DNA of 64,000 nt from Acidobacteriota bacterium (GCA_020853395.1 JADYYY010000010.1:516075-580074); one strand, 5' to 3'; shown: positions 17,140 through 27,841, numbered from the stretch's first letter. A program made the numbers and translations. Notes: generated from the sequence alone by a model not told the origin.

Positions 17140-17667
17140 TTACTGGACCGGCGTGACGGTCGCGCTGGCCGTGAACGGCTCGCCCGGGGCCACGCCCGTC
17201 GAGTCCTGCCAGATCGTGTTGCTCGCGTTGACGGCGAACCCGCGCGTGCCCGTCGTGCCGGCCGTCTGCGGGATGGCCGTCGCCAGCCACGCCGTGATCG
17301 TGGCTCGGCCCGCTCCATCGTTGGGTCCGGCGATCGAGCCGGCGCCCGCGCCGAGCACGAACCTGTAGCCGCTCTTGTCCACCGGGGCCGCGTGGCCGAG
17401 ATCCGCCGAGATGAACGCTTCCGTCGTGCCGGTCGGAGGCGTGCCCAGGATCTCGTAGGTCGCCGCGTAGCCGCCGTTCCCCCACGAGGCCGAGTACGCG
17501 ACCTGCGACGAGGTCGTGACCTTCAGCGACGCGATGGCGGACGTCTCGTTGCCGGTCATCCTGGCGCGAAGCAGCCCTGGCACCGCGATCGCCGCGATGA
17601 TGCTGATGATCGCGACGACGATCAGCAGCTCGATGAGGGTAAAGCCCTGTTCTCCTTTGGCCTTCAT
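17140..17667 (-). CDS. pilA: Major type IV pilin (prepilin-type N-terminal cleavage/methylation domain), cysteine-free
   Basis: ATG at 17667 with AGGAGAG 8-14 nt upstream. MKAKGEQG|FTLIELLIVVAIISIIAAIAVPGLL has the G|F..E5 signature. The 175-aa precursor has a Gly/Thr/Ala-rich C-terminal domain with no Cys. It sits between a sigma54 promoter and strong terminators. Confidence 0.88.
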   Translation of the reverse strand: MKAKGEQGFTLIELLIVVAIISIIAAIAVPGLLRARMTGNETSAIASLKVTTSSQVAYSASWGNGGYAATYEILGTPPTGTTEAFISADLGHAAPVDKSGYRFVLGAGAGSIAGPNDGAGRATITAWLATAIPQTAGTTGTRGFAVNASNTIWQDSTGVAPGEPFTASATVTPVQ

Positions 17668-17775
17668 TGTCTGTGCTCTCCTGAAGCTAGAAATGTGCAT
17701 GAACTCCAACATTCACAGGCGGCCAGGACGTTCGCGAGTCTTGCGCCATCAATCCCGCGCCGGTGCCCCACTAGA

Positions 17776-17790
17776 GCAACGGAGGTGCCA
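17776..17790 (-). promoter_or_regulatory. Sigma54 (-24/-12) promoter for pilA
   Basis: The minus strand reads TGGCAC-CTCCG-TTGC(T), a full match to TGGCAC-N5-TTGCW, about 110 nt upstream of the pilA ATG. In several bacteria pilA is sigma54/PilR dependent. Confidence 0.7.
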
Positions 17791-17972
17791 AACAGGGCTT
17801 TCGTTCGAGAACCGACGCTAACCTTCTGATTGTAGCCGGTTTGTCCAGCGCCAACCGTTTCGCCGCCACCCGCCGGCCCAGGCCGATCGCAACGCCTGCA
17901 TGACAGGCTTCGACGACGATCGACGTTTCTGACATCCTGCGGCCGCGACCGCCGGCCTCCATCCGCGGGGCC

Positions 17973-19166
17973 CTACGACAACTGGCTGATCAGGTCGAAC
18001 AGCGGCAGGTACATCGAGATGACGATGCCGCCGACGATGACGCCGAGCACGCAGATGAGCGCAGGTTCGAGGATCGTCAGCAGGCCGGCGACCGCGACGT
18101 CGACTTCGTCCTCGTAGAACTCCGCGATCTTCGCGAGCATCGTGTCGAGAGCGCCCGTGCTCTCGCCGGCGCCGATCATCTGCGCGACCATCGGCGGGAA
18201 CACGCCGCTCGCGCGCAGCGGCTGCGCGATGGTGTCGCCGCGCTCGATGCGCGCGCGCACCTGGTTAAGCGCGGTCTCGATCACGGCGTTGCCCGACGTC
18301 TTCGCCGTGATGTCGAGGCCGTCGAGGATCGGCACGCCCGATCCGAGCAGCGTCGACAGCGTCCGGCAGAACCTGGCGACCGCGACCTTGCGGAAGATCT
18401 TGCCCACGAGCGGCAGGCGCAGCAGCATCCGATCGATGCGCATGCGCCCCGCGGGCGTCTGGTAGTAGCGCCGCACCGCATACGACAGCCCGAGAGCCCC
18501 CACGACCATGAACGGCAGGGCGACGATGAGCTGCTTGCTCGCCCAGATGACGATGCGGGTCGGCAGCGGCAGCGTGGCGTTGAGCCCCTCGAAGAGCGCG
18601 GTGAACGTCGGGATGACCTTCCAGAGGATCACCATCACGACGACGACCGCGATGCTCAGGACTGCGATGGGATAGATCATCGCGGAGCGCACCTGCGAGA
18701 CGAGCTTCGCCTGCTTCTCGATGAACGTCGCCAACCGCTTCAGGATCACGTCCAGGATGCCGCCGGCTTCTCCGGCCGCCACCATGTTCGTGTAGAGGGT
18801 GTCGAACGCGTAGGGCCGCCGCTGCATCGCGTCGGCGAGCGAGGCGCCGCCTTCGACGTCGGCCTTCACCTGCTCGACCGCGGCCGACAGCCGCTTGTCG
18901 GGCTCCTCCTTCGCCAGCAGCTCGAGGCACTGCACGAGCGGCAGGCCGGCGTCGATCATGACCGAGAACTGCCGCGTGAAGATGGCCAGGTTCTTCGGCG
19001 GCACCCGCCGGATGCGCCGCTCCTTCCTCGGCGCCACCTGGACGCTCGTCACGAGGATCTGCTCGCGGCGCAGCGCGGCGGTGAGCGCCGTGCTCGATTC
19101 CGCCACGCGCTCGCCTTTCACGAGCTGGCCGGCGCGCGTACGTCCCGCCCACGCGTAGCTCGTCAT
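17973..19166 (-). CDS. pilC: Type IV pilus platform protein PilC (GspF family)
   Basis: 397 aa with two GspF-type repeats (FTRQFSVMIDAGLPLVQCLELL and FCRTLSTLLGSGVPILDGLDI) and three TM segments. ATGA overlap with the pilT stop. Confidence 0.92.
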   Translation of the reverse strand: MTSYAWAGRTRAGQLVKGERVAESSTALTAALRREQILVTSVQVAPRKERRIRRVPPKNLAIFTRQFSVMIDAGLPLVQCLELLAKEEPDKRLSAAVEQVKADVEGGASLADAMQRRPYAFDTLYTNMVAAGEAGGILDVILKRLATFIEKQAKLVSQVRSAMIYPIAVLSIAVVVVMVILWKVIPTFTALFEGLNATLPLPTRIVIWASKQLIVALPFMVVGALGLSYAVRRYYQTPAGRMRIDRMLLRLPLVGKIFRKVAVARFCRTLSTLLGSGVPILDGLDITAKTSGNAVIETALNQVRARIERGDTIAQPLRASGVFPPMVAQMIGAGESTGALDTMLAKIAEFYEDEVDVAVAGLLTILEPALICVLGVIVGGIVISMYLPLFDLISQLS

Positions 19167-20290
19167 CGCGTCGCTCCCTGGGTGACGCGGTACGGAGCCG
19201 CGACGGCAGGCGCCGGCACGGGATGGGCGGAGCCGCGCTCGAGCATGAGCGACAGCTCCTCACGATTCGACGACGTGGAGAACGCGACATCGCGGGTGAT
19301 CACGCGCCGCTCGACGTACCGCGCGAGCGCCTGGTTCATCGTCTGCATCCCGTACTTCTCCTGTCCGGCCTGCATCGTCCCGTAGATCTGGTGGATCTTG
19401 TCCTCGCGAATGAGGTTGCGGATGGCGGGCGTCGCGGCGAGGATCTCGAGTGCGGCGACGCGCCCCTGGCCGCCCGCTTTGGGGACGAGCGCCTGACAGA
19501 CGATCCCCTCGAGGACGAGCGACAACTGCGTGCGGATCTGCGCCTGCTGGTGCGCCGGAAAGGCGTCGACGATACGCGTGATGGTTTGGGCCGCCGAGTT
19601 GGTGTGGAGCGTGGCCATGGTCAGGTGGCCCGTCTCGGCCAGCTTCAGGGCCGCCTCCATCGTCTCGAGGTCGCGCATCTCGCCGACGAGCACGACGTCG
19701 GGGTCCTCGCGCAACGCGGCGCGCAGCGCCTTCGAGAAGCTCTGCGTGTCGGAGTGCAGCTCGCGCTGGTTCACGAGGCTGGTCTTGTGCTGGTGGAGAT
19801 ACTCGATCGGATCCTCGATCGTGAGGATGTGGGCGTGCCGCGAGAGGTTGATGCGATCGATCATCGCCGCGAGCGTCGTGGACTTGCCGCTGCCCGTGGG
19901 CCCCGTGACGAGCACGAGGCCGCGCGGCCGGTCGGCCAGCGCGGCGAGCACGGGCGGCAGCCCGAGCTCCTCGAGCGGGCGGATCTTCTCCGGGATGAGC
20001 CGGTAGACGGCGCCGACGCCCCCCTTCTGGTTGAACACGTTGCAGCGGAAGCGGCCGACACCGCGCAGGCCGAACGCGATGTCGAGCTCCCACGTCTCTT
20101 CGAACTTCTTCTTCTGCGCGTCCGTGAGCACGCTGTAACAGAGGGATTTGATGACGTCGGGCGTCAGATCCGGCAGATCCAGCCGGCGCAACTGTCCGTC
20201 CACGCGCACCTGGGGCGGCGAGCCCATCGACAGGTGCAGGTCCGAACCCTTCAGCTCGAGCGTCGCCTTCAACAGGTCGGGCAAATTCAT
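19163..20290 (-). CDS. pilT: Twitching motility retraction ATPase PilT
   Basis: ATG at 20290. Walker A GPTGSGKSTT, ILTIEDPIEY, Walker B VVLVGEMRD, PilT signature AIRNLIREDKIHQI. The 80-aa Arg-rich extension in the track is rejected. Confidence 0.92.
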   Translation of the reverse strand: MNLPDLLKATLELKGSDLHLSMGSPPQVRVDGQLRRLDLPDLTPDVIKSLCYSVLTDAQKKKFEETWELDIAFGLRGVGRFRCNVFNQKGGVGAVYRLIPEKIRPLEELGLPPVLAALADRPRGLVLVTGPTGSGKSTTLAAMIDRINLSRHAHILTIEDPIEYLHQHKTSLVNQRELHSDTQSFSKALRAALREDPDVVLVGEMRDLETMEAALKLAETGHLTMATLHTNSAAQTITRIVDAFPAHQQAQIRTQLSLVLEGIVCQALVPKAGGQGRVAALEILAATPAIRNLIREDKIHQIYGTMQAGQEKYGMQTMNQALARYVERRVITRDVAFSTSSNREELSLMLERGSAHPVPAPAVAAPYRVTQGATR

Positions 20291-20292
20291 CG

Positions 20293-22026
20293 TCACATCG
20301 TCTCCCGCACGACTTCGTCCAGCGTCGTGACCCCTTCGCGCACTTTCTGCAGCCCGCTCTGGCGGAGCGTGACCATGCCTTCGGCCATCGCGAGCTTCCG
20401 CAGATCGGTCGCCGAGGCGTTGCCGACGATCAGCTCGCGCAGCGCGTCGGTGACTTCCATGACCTCGAAGAGGCCGACGCGCCCCTTGTAGCCCGCCCCA
20501 CCGCAGCGGTCGCACCCGCGGCCGTGGCACGCGCGCACCGTGGTGGCCTCCTCACGGCTGAAGCCGGCTTCTACGAGCTTGGCGGGCGAGAGATCGAGCG
20601 GCTCGCGGCACGCGTCGCAGATGCGCCGCACCAGCCGCTGCGCGCAGACGAGATTGACGGAGTTGCCGACGAGGAACGGCTCGACGCCCATGTTGACGAG
20701 CCGGTTGAGGCTGCTCGGGGCGTCGTTCGTGTGCAGCGTCGAGAGCACGAGGTGGCCCGTGAGCGCGGCTTTCACCGCAATCGCGGCCGTCTCGCTGTCG
20801 CGGATCTCGCCGACGAGGATGATGTTGGGATCCTGGCGGAGGAACGCGCGCAGCACGTTCGCGAAGTTCAAGCCGATGTTCTCGCGGACCTGGACCTGGT
20901 TGATCCCCGGCAGGTTGAACTCGACCGGATCCTCGGCGGTGATGATGTTGACGCCGGGCTGGTTGATCTGCGCGAGCGACGAGTAGAGCGTGTTCGTCTT
21001 GCCGCTCCCCGTCGGCCCCGTCACGAGCACCATGCCCCACGGCTTGCGAATCGCGTGATCGAACTTCCGGAGCGCGTCGGGATCGAAGCCGAGCCGCGAC
21101 ATGTCGAGCTTCAGCCCCTCGGGATCGAGCAGCCGGAGCACGACCTTCTCGCCGAACAGCGTCGGCAGCACCGACACGCGGAAGTCGATGTCGCGGTTGC
21201 GCCCCCGATCCAGGAACCGCGCCTTGATCCGGCCGTCCTGCGGCAGCCGCTTCTCGGCGATGTCGAGCCGCGCCATGATCTTCACGCGCGACACGATCGG
21301 ATCGCGATAGCGGAGCGCCGGCGTCATCACCGGCAGGAGCTGTCCGTCGATGCGGAACCGGATCCGCATCTCCTTCTCGTACGGCTCGATGTGGATGTCG
21401 CTCGCGCCCTTCTGGATCGCCGAGAGCATCAGCGCGTTCACGAGCTTGACGATCGGGGCATCGCCGCCCTGCCGCTCGAGGGCCGCGGCGTCGATCTCCT
21501 CGGCGTCGGTGACGACCTCGAGGTTGTCGGTCTGCAGCCCGAGCTCCTCGAGCGCGCGATTGGCCAGATCGGCGCCCTTGCCGCCGGCGGCCGGTTCGGG
21601 ACGGGCCGTGTAGTACCGGGCGATGCCGTCGCGAATCGCCGTCTCGGAGGCGACCACCGGCTCGACGTGCAGGCCCGTCATGAACTTGATGTCGTCCATG
21701 GCGAACACGTTCGTCGGGTCCGCCATGGCCAGCGTGAGCGTCGTGCTGGTGCGTGCGACGGGCAGGACGTTGTACTTGATCGCGCTCTCGGCTGAGACGA
21801 GCTTGACGACGGCCGTCTCGAGCTCGACTTCGCGGAGGTTGATGGCCGGGACGCCCACCTGGCGGCTCACGGCCGCGGTGATGTCCTCCTCAGCGAGGAA
21901 GCCGAGCTTGACGAGGCTCGCCCCGAGCCGCCCGCCGTTGAGGCGTTGATGGTTCAACGCCTCCTGAAGCTGGTTGGGCGTGACGCGCTTCTCGCGCAGC
22001 AGGAGTTCGCCAAGTCGGACAGCCAT
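20293..22026 (-). CDS. pilB: Type IV pilus assembly ATPase PilB (GspE family)
   Basis: N-terminal GspE_N-like domain (LGELLLREKRVTPNQLQEAL), Walker A GPTGSGKTNT, IILVGEIRD, tetra-Cys CDAC...CDRCGGAGYKGR. Confidence 0.92.
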   Translation of the reverse strand: MAVRLGELLLREKRVTPNQLQEALNHQRLNGGRLGASLVKLGFLAEEDITAAVSRQVGVPAINLREVELETAVVKLVSAESAIKYNVLPVARTSTTLTLAMADPTNVFAMDDIKFMTGLHVEPVVASETAIRDGIARYYTARPEPAAGGKGADLANRALEELGLQTDNLEVVTDAEEIDAAALERQGGDAPIVKLVNALMLSAIQKGASDIHIEPYEKEMRIRFRIDGQLLPVMTPALRYRDPIVSRVKIMARLDIAEKRLPQDGRIKARFLDRGRNRDIDFRVSVLPTLFGEKVVLRLLDPEGLKLDMSRLGFDPDALRKFDHAIRKPWGMVLVTGPTGSGKTNTLYSSLAQINQPGVNIITAEDPVEFNLPGINQVQVRENIGLNFANVLRAFLRQDPNIILVGEIRDSETAAIAVKAALTGHLVLSTLHTNDAPSSLNRLVNMGVEPFLVGNSVNLVCAQRLVRRICDACREPLDLSPAKLVEAGFSREEATTVRACHGRGCDRCGGAGYKGRVGLFEVMEVTDALRELIVGNASATDLRKLAMAEGMVTLRQSGLQKVREGVTTLDEVVRETM

Positions 22027-22050
22027 GCGTCTCGGGAGCCATGGCGACCG

Positions 22051-23034
22051 TCACAGGCCGGCGCGCAGCGCAACGCCGAATTCACGAGCTTCGTCGCGGT
22101 CCCGGCGTTGAGCCCAGTGCCCGTCGAGCCACAGCCCGCGGCGGATGGCCACGCTCATCCCCGCGGACGCCGACAGCCGACGGGGCCCTTCGAGGCTCCA
22201 CTGGAGCCCCGACCGGACCGCCAGGTGCTGGCCGATCCGGCCCTCACCTCCCACGGCACACGCACGACGAAGGTCGCCCCCGAGGTCGACCGTCTCCAGG
22301 TCGAGGTCCATAGCAAGGGTCAGGCCATCGACCGGCAGGACCGCAAGACCAAGCCGCGCCTGCCTGGGCAGCGTCATCTCGCCCACGGCCGCATCGCCGA
22401 ACGAAGGGGATCGCAGATTCTTCCACGCGAGCCCGACGCGCAGCCGACCCATGTCGGCCATCAGGCCGGCGTCGAGATCCAGCGTGCCGCGCGTCTGCCC
22501 TTTCACGTCGTCGGTCCGATCGAGCGCTGCGCCGACCGTCAGATCGCTCGACAACGCCGAGACCACGCTCCCGCGCACGTAGTTGAGCGTCGCGCCGACG
22601 ACGAGCCCGTCGACGATGGTCTGCAGCACGGTCCCGCCGAGCTGCGTCGTGCGCAGCGTGCGCACCTCGACGTCGCTGCGCCCCTCGGGACCCGCGCCGA
22701 GCGTGGTCATCTCGAACGTCCCGTACGAAATGCCGAGCGGCCACGTCCCGAGGCTCGTGAACCGCGTGCTCCGTCGTCCGGGGCCGGCCGAGAGCGGGCT
22801 GTCCGGATTACCGGTTTGAAAGCGGTGCCACCCTATTGTCATGCCGGCCGGCCCGCCGACGGCGAGCCCGGCCGGATTCCAATGCGTCGCCGTCGCGTCG
22901 TCCGCGACGGCGACGAACGCTCCGCCCATGCCGAGCGCCCGTTCGCCGGCCGACTCGAACGTCGGCTGCGCGGCCGCCATCGTCGGCCGAAGCGCCGCCA
23001 GCAGCACGAAGACCAGACCTGCACACAACCGCAT
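22051..23034 (-). CDS. Putative outer-membrane beta-barrel protein (FadL/PorV-like N-terminal motif), first gene of the pilB-pilT-pilC transcription unit
   Basis: ATG at 23034. Signal peptide MRLCAGLVFVLLAALRPTMAAAQP. GMGGAFVAVADDATATHWNPAGLA resembles the N-terminal motif of FadL/TodX-like barrels. Alternating-residue strands run throughout. It ends 24 nt before pilB. Confidence 0.6.
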   Translation of the reverse strand: MRLCAGLVFVLLAALRPTMAAAQPTFESAGERALGMGGAFVAVADDATATHWNPAGLAVGGPAGMTIGWHRFQTGNPDSPLSAGPGRRSTRFTSLGTWPLGISYGTFEMTTLGAGPEGRSDVEVRTLRTTQLGGTVLQTIVDGLVVGATLNYVRGSVVSALSSDLTVGAALDRTDDVKGQTRGTLDLDAGLMADMGRLRVGLAWKNLRSPSFGDAAVGEMTLPRQARLGLAVLPVDGLTLAMDLDLETVDLGGDLRRACAVGGEGRIGQHLAVRSGLQWSLEGPRRLSASAGMSVAIRRGLWLDGHWAQRRDRDEAREFGVALRAGL

Positions 23035-23226
23035 CACCACGGACTCCCCGGCCGTGCTGGAGTTGTCGGCAGCGCCATGGCGAAACTTTGGATCGTCGCC
23101 TTTCGTAATTCGATCCGAGCCATTGCGGCTCCCTGCCGCCGATCGCCCCGCGGGCCCACAGGTTCACGGCTGAAAACGCACGGAACGCTCTAGTATGGTC
23201 TGGATCGGCCATACTCATCGGACCGG

Positions 23227-23970
23227 ATGAGGCCGCCTATGTCTCAGTCAGTCGCGGGAACCGAGTCGAACACCAGCATCCTCGCCCGTGCGATTGGCGT
23301 CGTGACCGCCCCGGCCGCCACGTTCGCGGAGGTCGTCCGCTCGCCCCGGCCGGCCGGCATCCTGCTCCTCGTCAGCCTGGTCGTCGGCCTCCTGACGGCC
23401 CTGCCGCAGTTCACCGAGCGCGGGCAGCAGCACCTGCTCGAGATGCAGCGGCAGCAGATCACCCGCATGGGCATCGCGATCTCGCCGGAGATGGAGGAAA
23501 CGCTCGCGCGCCGCGCGCCCTACCTCGGCTATCAGACGCTCGTGTCGGTGTTCGTCGCGCTGCCGATCGTTTCGGTCGTCATCGCCGCATTCTGCTGGGC
23601 GCTCTTCAACATCGTCCTGGGCGGCACGGCCACGTTCAAGCAGGTGCTCGGGATCGTGACCCACAGCCAGGTGATCAGAGCGCTCGGCGTCGTGGCGGCC
23701 GCCCCGATCATCTGGATGCAGGGCCTGCAGAACATGGCCGGCCCGTTCAACCTGGGTGCGCTCGCGCCGATGCTGGACCCGGCGTCGCGTCTCGCCGGCA
23801 TGCTGGCGGGCCTGGACTTCTTCACGCTCTGGCAGATCGTCGTCATCGGCATCGGCCTCGGCGTGCTGTATCGCCGCCGCGCGCTCGGCATCTCCGTCGG
23901 ACTGCTTCTGATCTACGTGGCCGTCGTGGCCGCGGTCACCGCCGCGTTCTCGGCGGTCTTCCCCAGGTAA
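23227..23970 (+). CDS. Yip1-domain-like polytopic membrane protein
   Basis: 247 aa with about five hydrophobic helices (GILLLVSLVVGLLTALP, LVSVFVALPIVSVVIAAFCWALF, FFTLWQIVVIGIGLGVLY, GLLLIYVAVVAAVTAAF). The stop is 4 nt before the HlyD-family gene. Confidence 0.6.
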   Translation: MRPPMSQSVAGTESNTSILARAIGVVTAPAATFAEVVRSPRPAGILLLVSLVVGLLTALPQFTERGQQHLLEMQRQQITRMGIAISPEMEETLARRAPYLGYQTLVSVFVALPIVSVVIAAFCWALFNIVLGGTATFKQVLGIVTHSQVIRALGVVAAAPIIWMQGLQNMAGPFNLGALAPMLDPASRLAGMLAGLDFFTLWQIVVIGIGLGVLYRRRALGISVGLLLIYVAVVAAVTAAFSAVFPR

Positions 23971-23974
23971 CCGC

Positions 23975-25327
23975 ATGACCCGTACAAAGAAGATCGCCAT
24001 CGCGATCGGTGTCGTCGCCGTCGTCGGCACGCTTGGATTCGTCAATTACCGGTACCGCAGGAACACCGCCCCGTCGGTCACGACCGAGAAGGTCGCGCGG
24101 CGGGATCTCGAAGCGATCGTGTCGGCGAGCGGCAAGATCCGCGCGAAGAAGACGGTCAACATCAGCGCCGAGACGATGGGGAAGATCGTGACGCTGGCCG
24201 TCACGGAGGGCGAGCGGGTCAAGAAAGGTCAGCTCCTGCTCGAGATCGATCCGCGGAACCTCGAGACCGCCGTGCAGAACCGCCAGGCCAGCCTCGACTC
24301 CGCCCGCTCGCAGCTCGAGCAGACCCGCGCCCAGGTCGAGAGCGCGCGTGTGGCCCTCAAGCAAGCGCAGGAGAACTACCAGCGACAGACGGATCTCTGG
24401 CGGGCCGGCCTGGTCGCTCGCGACGTCTACGAGCGGACGCAGAACGAGCTCAAGGCACGGGAAGCCGATCTGGCGGTCAGCGAGCAGGCCGTCCGCACGC
24501 AGGAGCAGCGCATCCGCGTCGAGGAGGCCAACCTCACGAGCGCCCGCTACGACCTCAACAAGGTTCGCGTCGAGTCGCCGATCGACGGCGTCGTGATCAA
24601 GCGAAACGTCGAAGAGGGCGAGACCGCGGTCGTCGGCACGATGAACAACGCCGGCACCGTGCTGCTGCAGATCGCCGACATGTCGGTCATCGAAGCCGAG
24701 ATCGAGGTGGACGAGACCGATATCCCGTTCGTGAACGTCGGCCAGCCGGCGCAAATCCAGATCGATGCCTTCCCGGACCAGAAGGTCCGCGGCCGGGTGA
24801 CCGAGGTCGGCAACAGCCCGATCACGACCACCGGAACCAGCAGCACGACCGGCCGCGCGACGAACTTCAAGGTCGTCGTCCAGGTCGAAGGACCGGTCCC
24901 CGACGTCCGGCCTGGTTTCACCTGCACGTCCGTGATCACGACCGCGACCCGCGCGCGTGCGCTGGGCGTGCCGATCCAGGCCATGACGATCCGCGAGTTC
25001 ATCGTCGACGCCGAGGGACAGGTCGTGAAGCCGCCCGCGGCCGCGGCGAACGGCTCCGGCAGCCCGCCGCCGGTCCAGGAGCCCGGACCAGGACAGGAGC
25101 GCAAGGAGCTCGAAGGCGTATTCGTGTACCGGCAGGACAAGGCCGTCTTCGTGCCGGTCCGAACGGGGATTGCCGGCGAGAAGTACTTCGAGGTGCTGAG
25201 CGGCCTCAACGAGGGTGACGAGGTCATCACGGGCCCGTTCGCGTCCGTCCGGTCGCTCAAGGACGGCGACGCCCTGCAGCGGGCGAAGGCCGACGCGAGC
25301 ACGGGAGCGGCAGCCACCACGCCGTAG
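23975..25327 (+). CDS. HlyD/MacA-family periplasmic adaptor (membrane fusion protein)
   Basis: N-terminal anchor IAIAIGVVAVVGTLGF, a long coiled-coil hairpin (LETAVQNRQASLDSARSQLEQTRAQVESARVALKQAQENYQRQ), and the lipoyl/barrel motif SPIDGVVIKRNVEEGE. Confidence 0.88.
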   Translation: MTRTKKIAIAIGVVAVVGTLGFVNYRYRRNTAPSVTTEKVARRDLEAIVSASGKIRAKKTVNISAETMGKIVTLAVTEGERVKKGQLLLEIDPRNLETAVQNRQASLDSARSQLEQTRAQVESARVALKQAQENYQRQTDLWRAGLVARDVYERTQNELKAREADLAVSEQAVRTQEQRIRVEEANLTSARYDLNKVRVESPIDGVVIKRNVEEGETAVVGTMNNAGTVLLQIADMSVIEAEIEVDETDIPFVNVGQPAQIQIDAFPDQKVRGRVTEVGNSPITTTGTSSTTGRATNFKVVVQVEGPVPDVRPGFTCTSVITTATRARALGVPIQAMTIREFIVDAEGQVVKPPAAAANGSGSPPPVQEPGPGQERKELEGVFVYRQDKAVFVPVRTGIAGEKYFEVLSGLNEGDEVITGPFASVRSLKDGDALQRAKADASTGAAATTP

Positions 25328-25332
25328 CCGCC

Positions 25333-26556
<1,224 letters not shown>

Positions 26557-26557
26557 C

Positions 26558-27841
26558 ATGCGCAGCGGGCTGTTCGCCGAGATCGTGGCGATGTCGTGGG
26601 AGACGGTGCGCGGCAACAAGCTGCGATCGTTTCTCACCGTGCTCGGCATCGTGATCGGCATCACGTCCATCGTCGGGATGACGTCGCTCATCCGGGGGTT
26701 CGACGAGTCGGTCCGCAGCCTGATGCGCGATCTCGGCCCCAACACGATCTTCGTGGCGAAGTTCTCGGGCGTGAGCTTCGCGTCCGGCGCCAGGTTCGAG
26801 GACCTGATGAAGCGGCCGAACATCACGCCGGCCGACGCGGAAGCCATCGCCAGGGACGCGCCCTCGATCGACATCGTGGACATCACGTTCGGCGGCGGCG
26901 GGCCAGGGTCGCAGCAGCAGCGCGTCTACTACGGCAACCAGCGGACGAAGCCGATCATGGTGTTCGGCACGAGCGAGCGCTGGCCGTTCGCCGTGCAGTT
27001 GAAGGTCGACAGCGGCCGGTACTTCACCGGCACCGAGGTCCAGCGGCGGGCCAAGGTCGTGGTGCTCGGCCAGTCCCCGGCCGACGCCCTGTTCCCGCAG
27101 CGGGATCCGCTCGGCAAGAAGGTGCGGATCGGCCTCGACGAGTTCGTGGTCGTCGGCGTCATGGCCAAGCGCCCGAGCCCCGGCGGCTTCAACATCGGCG
27201 CCGACGACTTCGTCGTCGTCCCCTACACCGCGTACGCGAAGCTCTTCGGCATTCGCGCGAACGACGTCGGCCGCGGCGAGATGCGGAGCACGCAGGTCGC
27301 CGCGGTCCCACGCGAGGGGATCTCGCGTGAGACGGCGATCCAGCAGGTCGAGCAAGTGATGCGGATCCGCCACGGGCTCCGGGTGGACGAGCCGAACGAC
27401 TTCGACCTCGTCACGCAGGATGCCGTGCTGGCCATCTGGGACCAGATCAGCCAGGCCAGCCTGCTGGCGCTCGTCGTGCTCTCGTCGATCGCGCTCATGG
27501 TCGGCGGCATCGGCGTGATGAGCATCATGACGATCAGCGTCACGGAACGAACGCGCGAGATCGGCGTCCGCAAGGCGCTCGGCGCCCGCCGGGTCGAGAT
27601 CCTGTGGCAGTTCCTGCTCGAAGCCGTGTTCCTGACGCTCGCGGGCGGCGTGCTCGGCGTGCTGCTCGGCACGACCGTCGGCGTCGGCGTCCACCTGACG
27701 ACCGGCTTCCCCGTGTCGCTCCCCTGGTGGTCGTTCGCGATCGGCGTCGGCTTCTCGGCGGGCGTCGGCGTCTTCTTCGGCATGGTGCCGGCCTTCCGCG
27801 CCTCCCGCCTCGATCCGATCGAAGCCCTCCGCTACGAATAG
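26558..27841 (+). CDS. MacB/FtsX-type ABC transporter permease without nucleotide-binding domain (copy 2)
   Basis: Same architecture as copy 1: LRSFLTVLGIVIGITSIVGMTSL, ERTREIGVRKALGARRVEI, ASRLDPIEALRYE. It starts 1 nt after the copy 1 stop. Confidence 0.88.
   Translation: MRSGLFAEIVAMSWETVRGNKLRSFLTVLGIVIGITSIVGMTSLIRGFDESVRSLMRDLGPNTIFVAKFSGVSFASGARFEDLMKRPNITPADAEAIARDAPSIDIVDITFGGGGPGSQQQRVYYGNQRTKPIMVFGTSERWPFAVQLKVDSGRYFTGTEVQRRAKVVVLGQSPADALFPQRDPLGKKVRIGLDEFVVVGVMAKRPSPGGFNIGADDFVVVPYTAYAKLFGIRANDVGRGEMRSTQVAAVPREGISRETAIQQVEQVMRIRHGLRVDEPNDFDLVTQDAVLAIWDQISQASLLALVVLSSIALMVGGIGVMSIMTISVTERTREIGVRKALGARRVEILWQFLLEAVFLTLAGGVLGVLLGTTVGVGVHLTTGFPVSLPWWSFAIGVGFSAGVGVFFGMVPAFRASRLDPIEALRYE

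Noticed and set aside
17771-17962. 63-aa minus-strand ORF in the pilC-pilA spacer
   Set aside because: It has no RBS or recognisable motif and an Arg/Ala-rich composition, and it overlaps the sigma54 promoter. It is most likely non-coding regulatory DNA.
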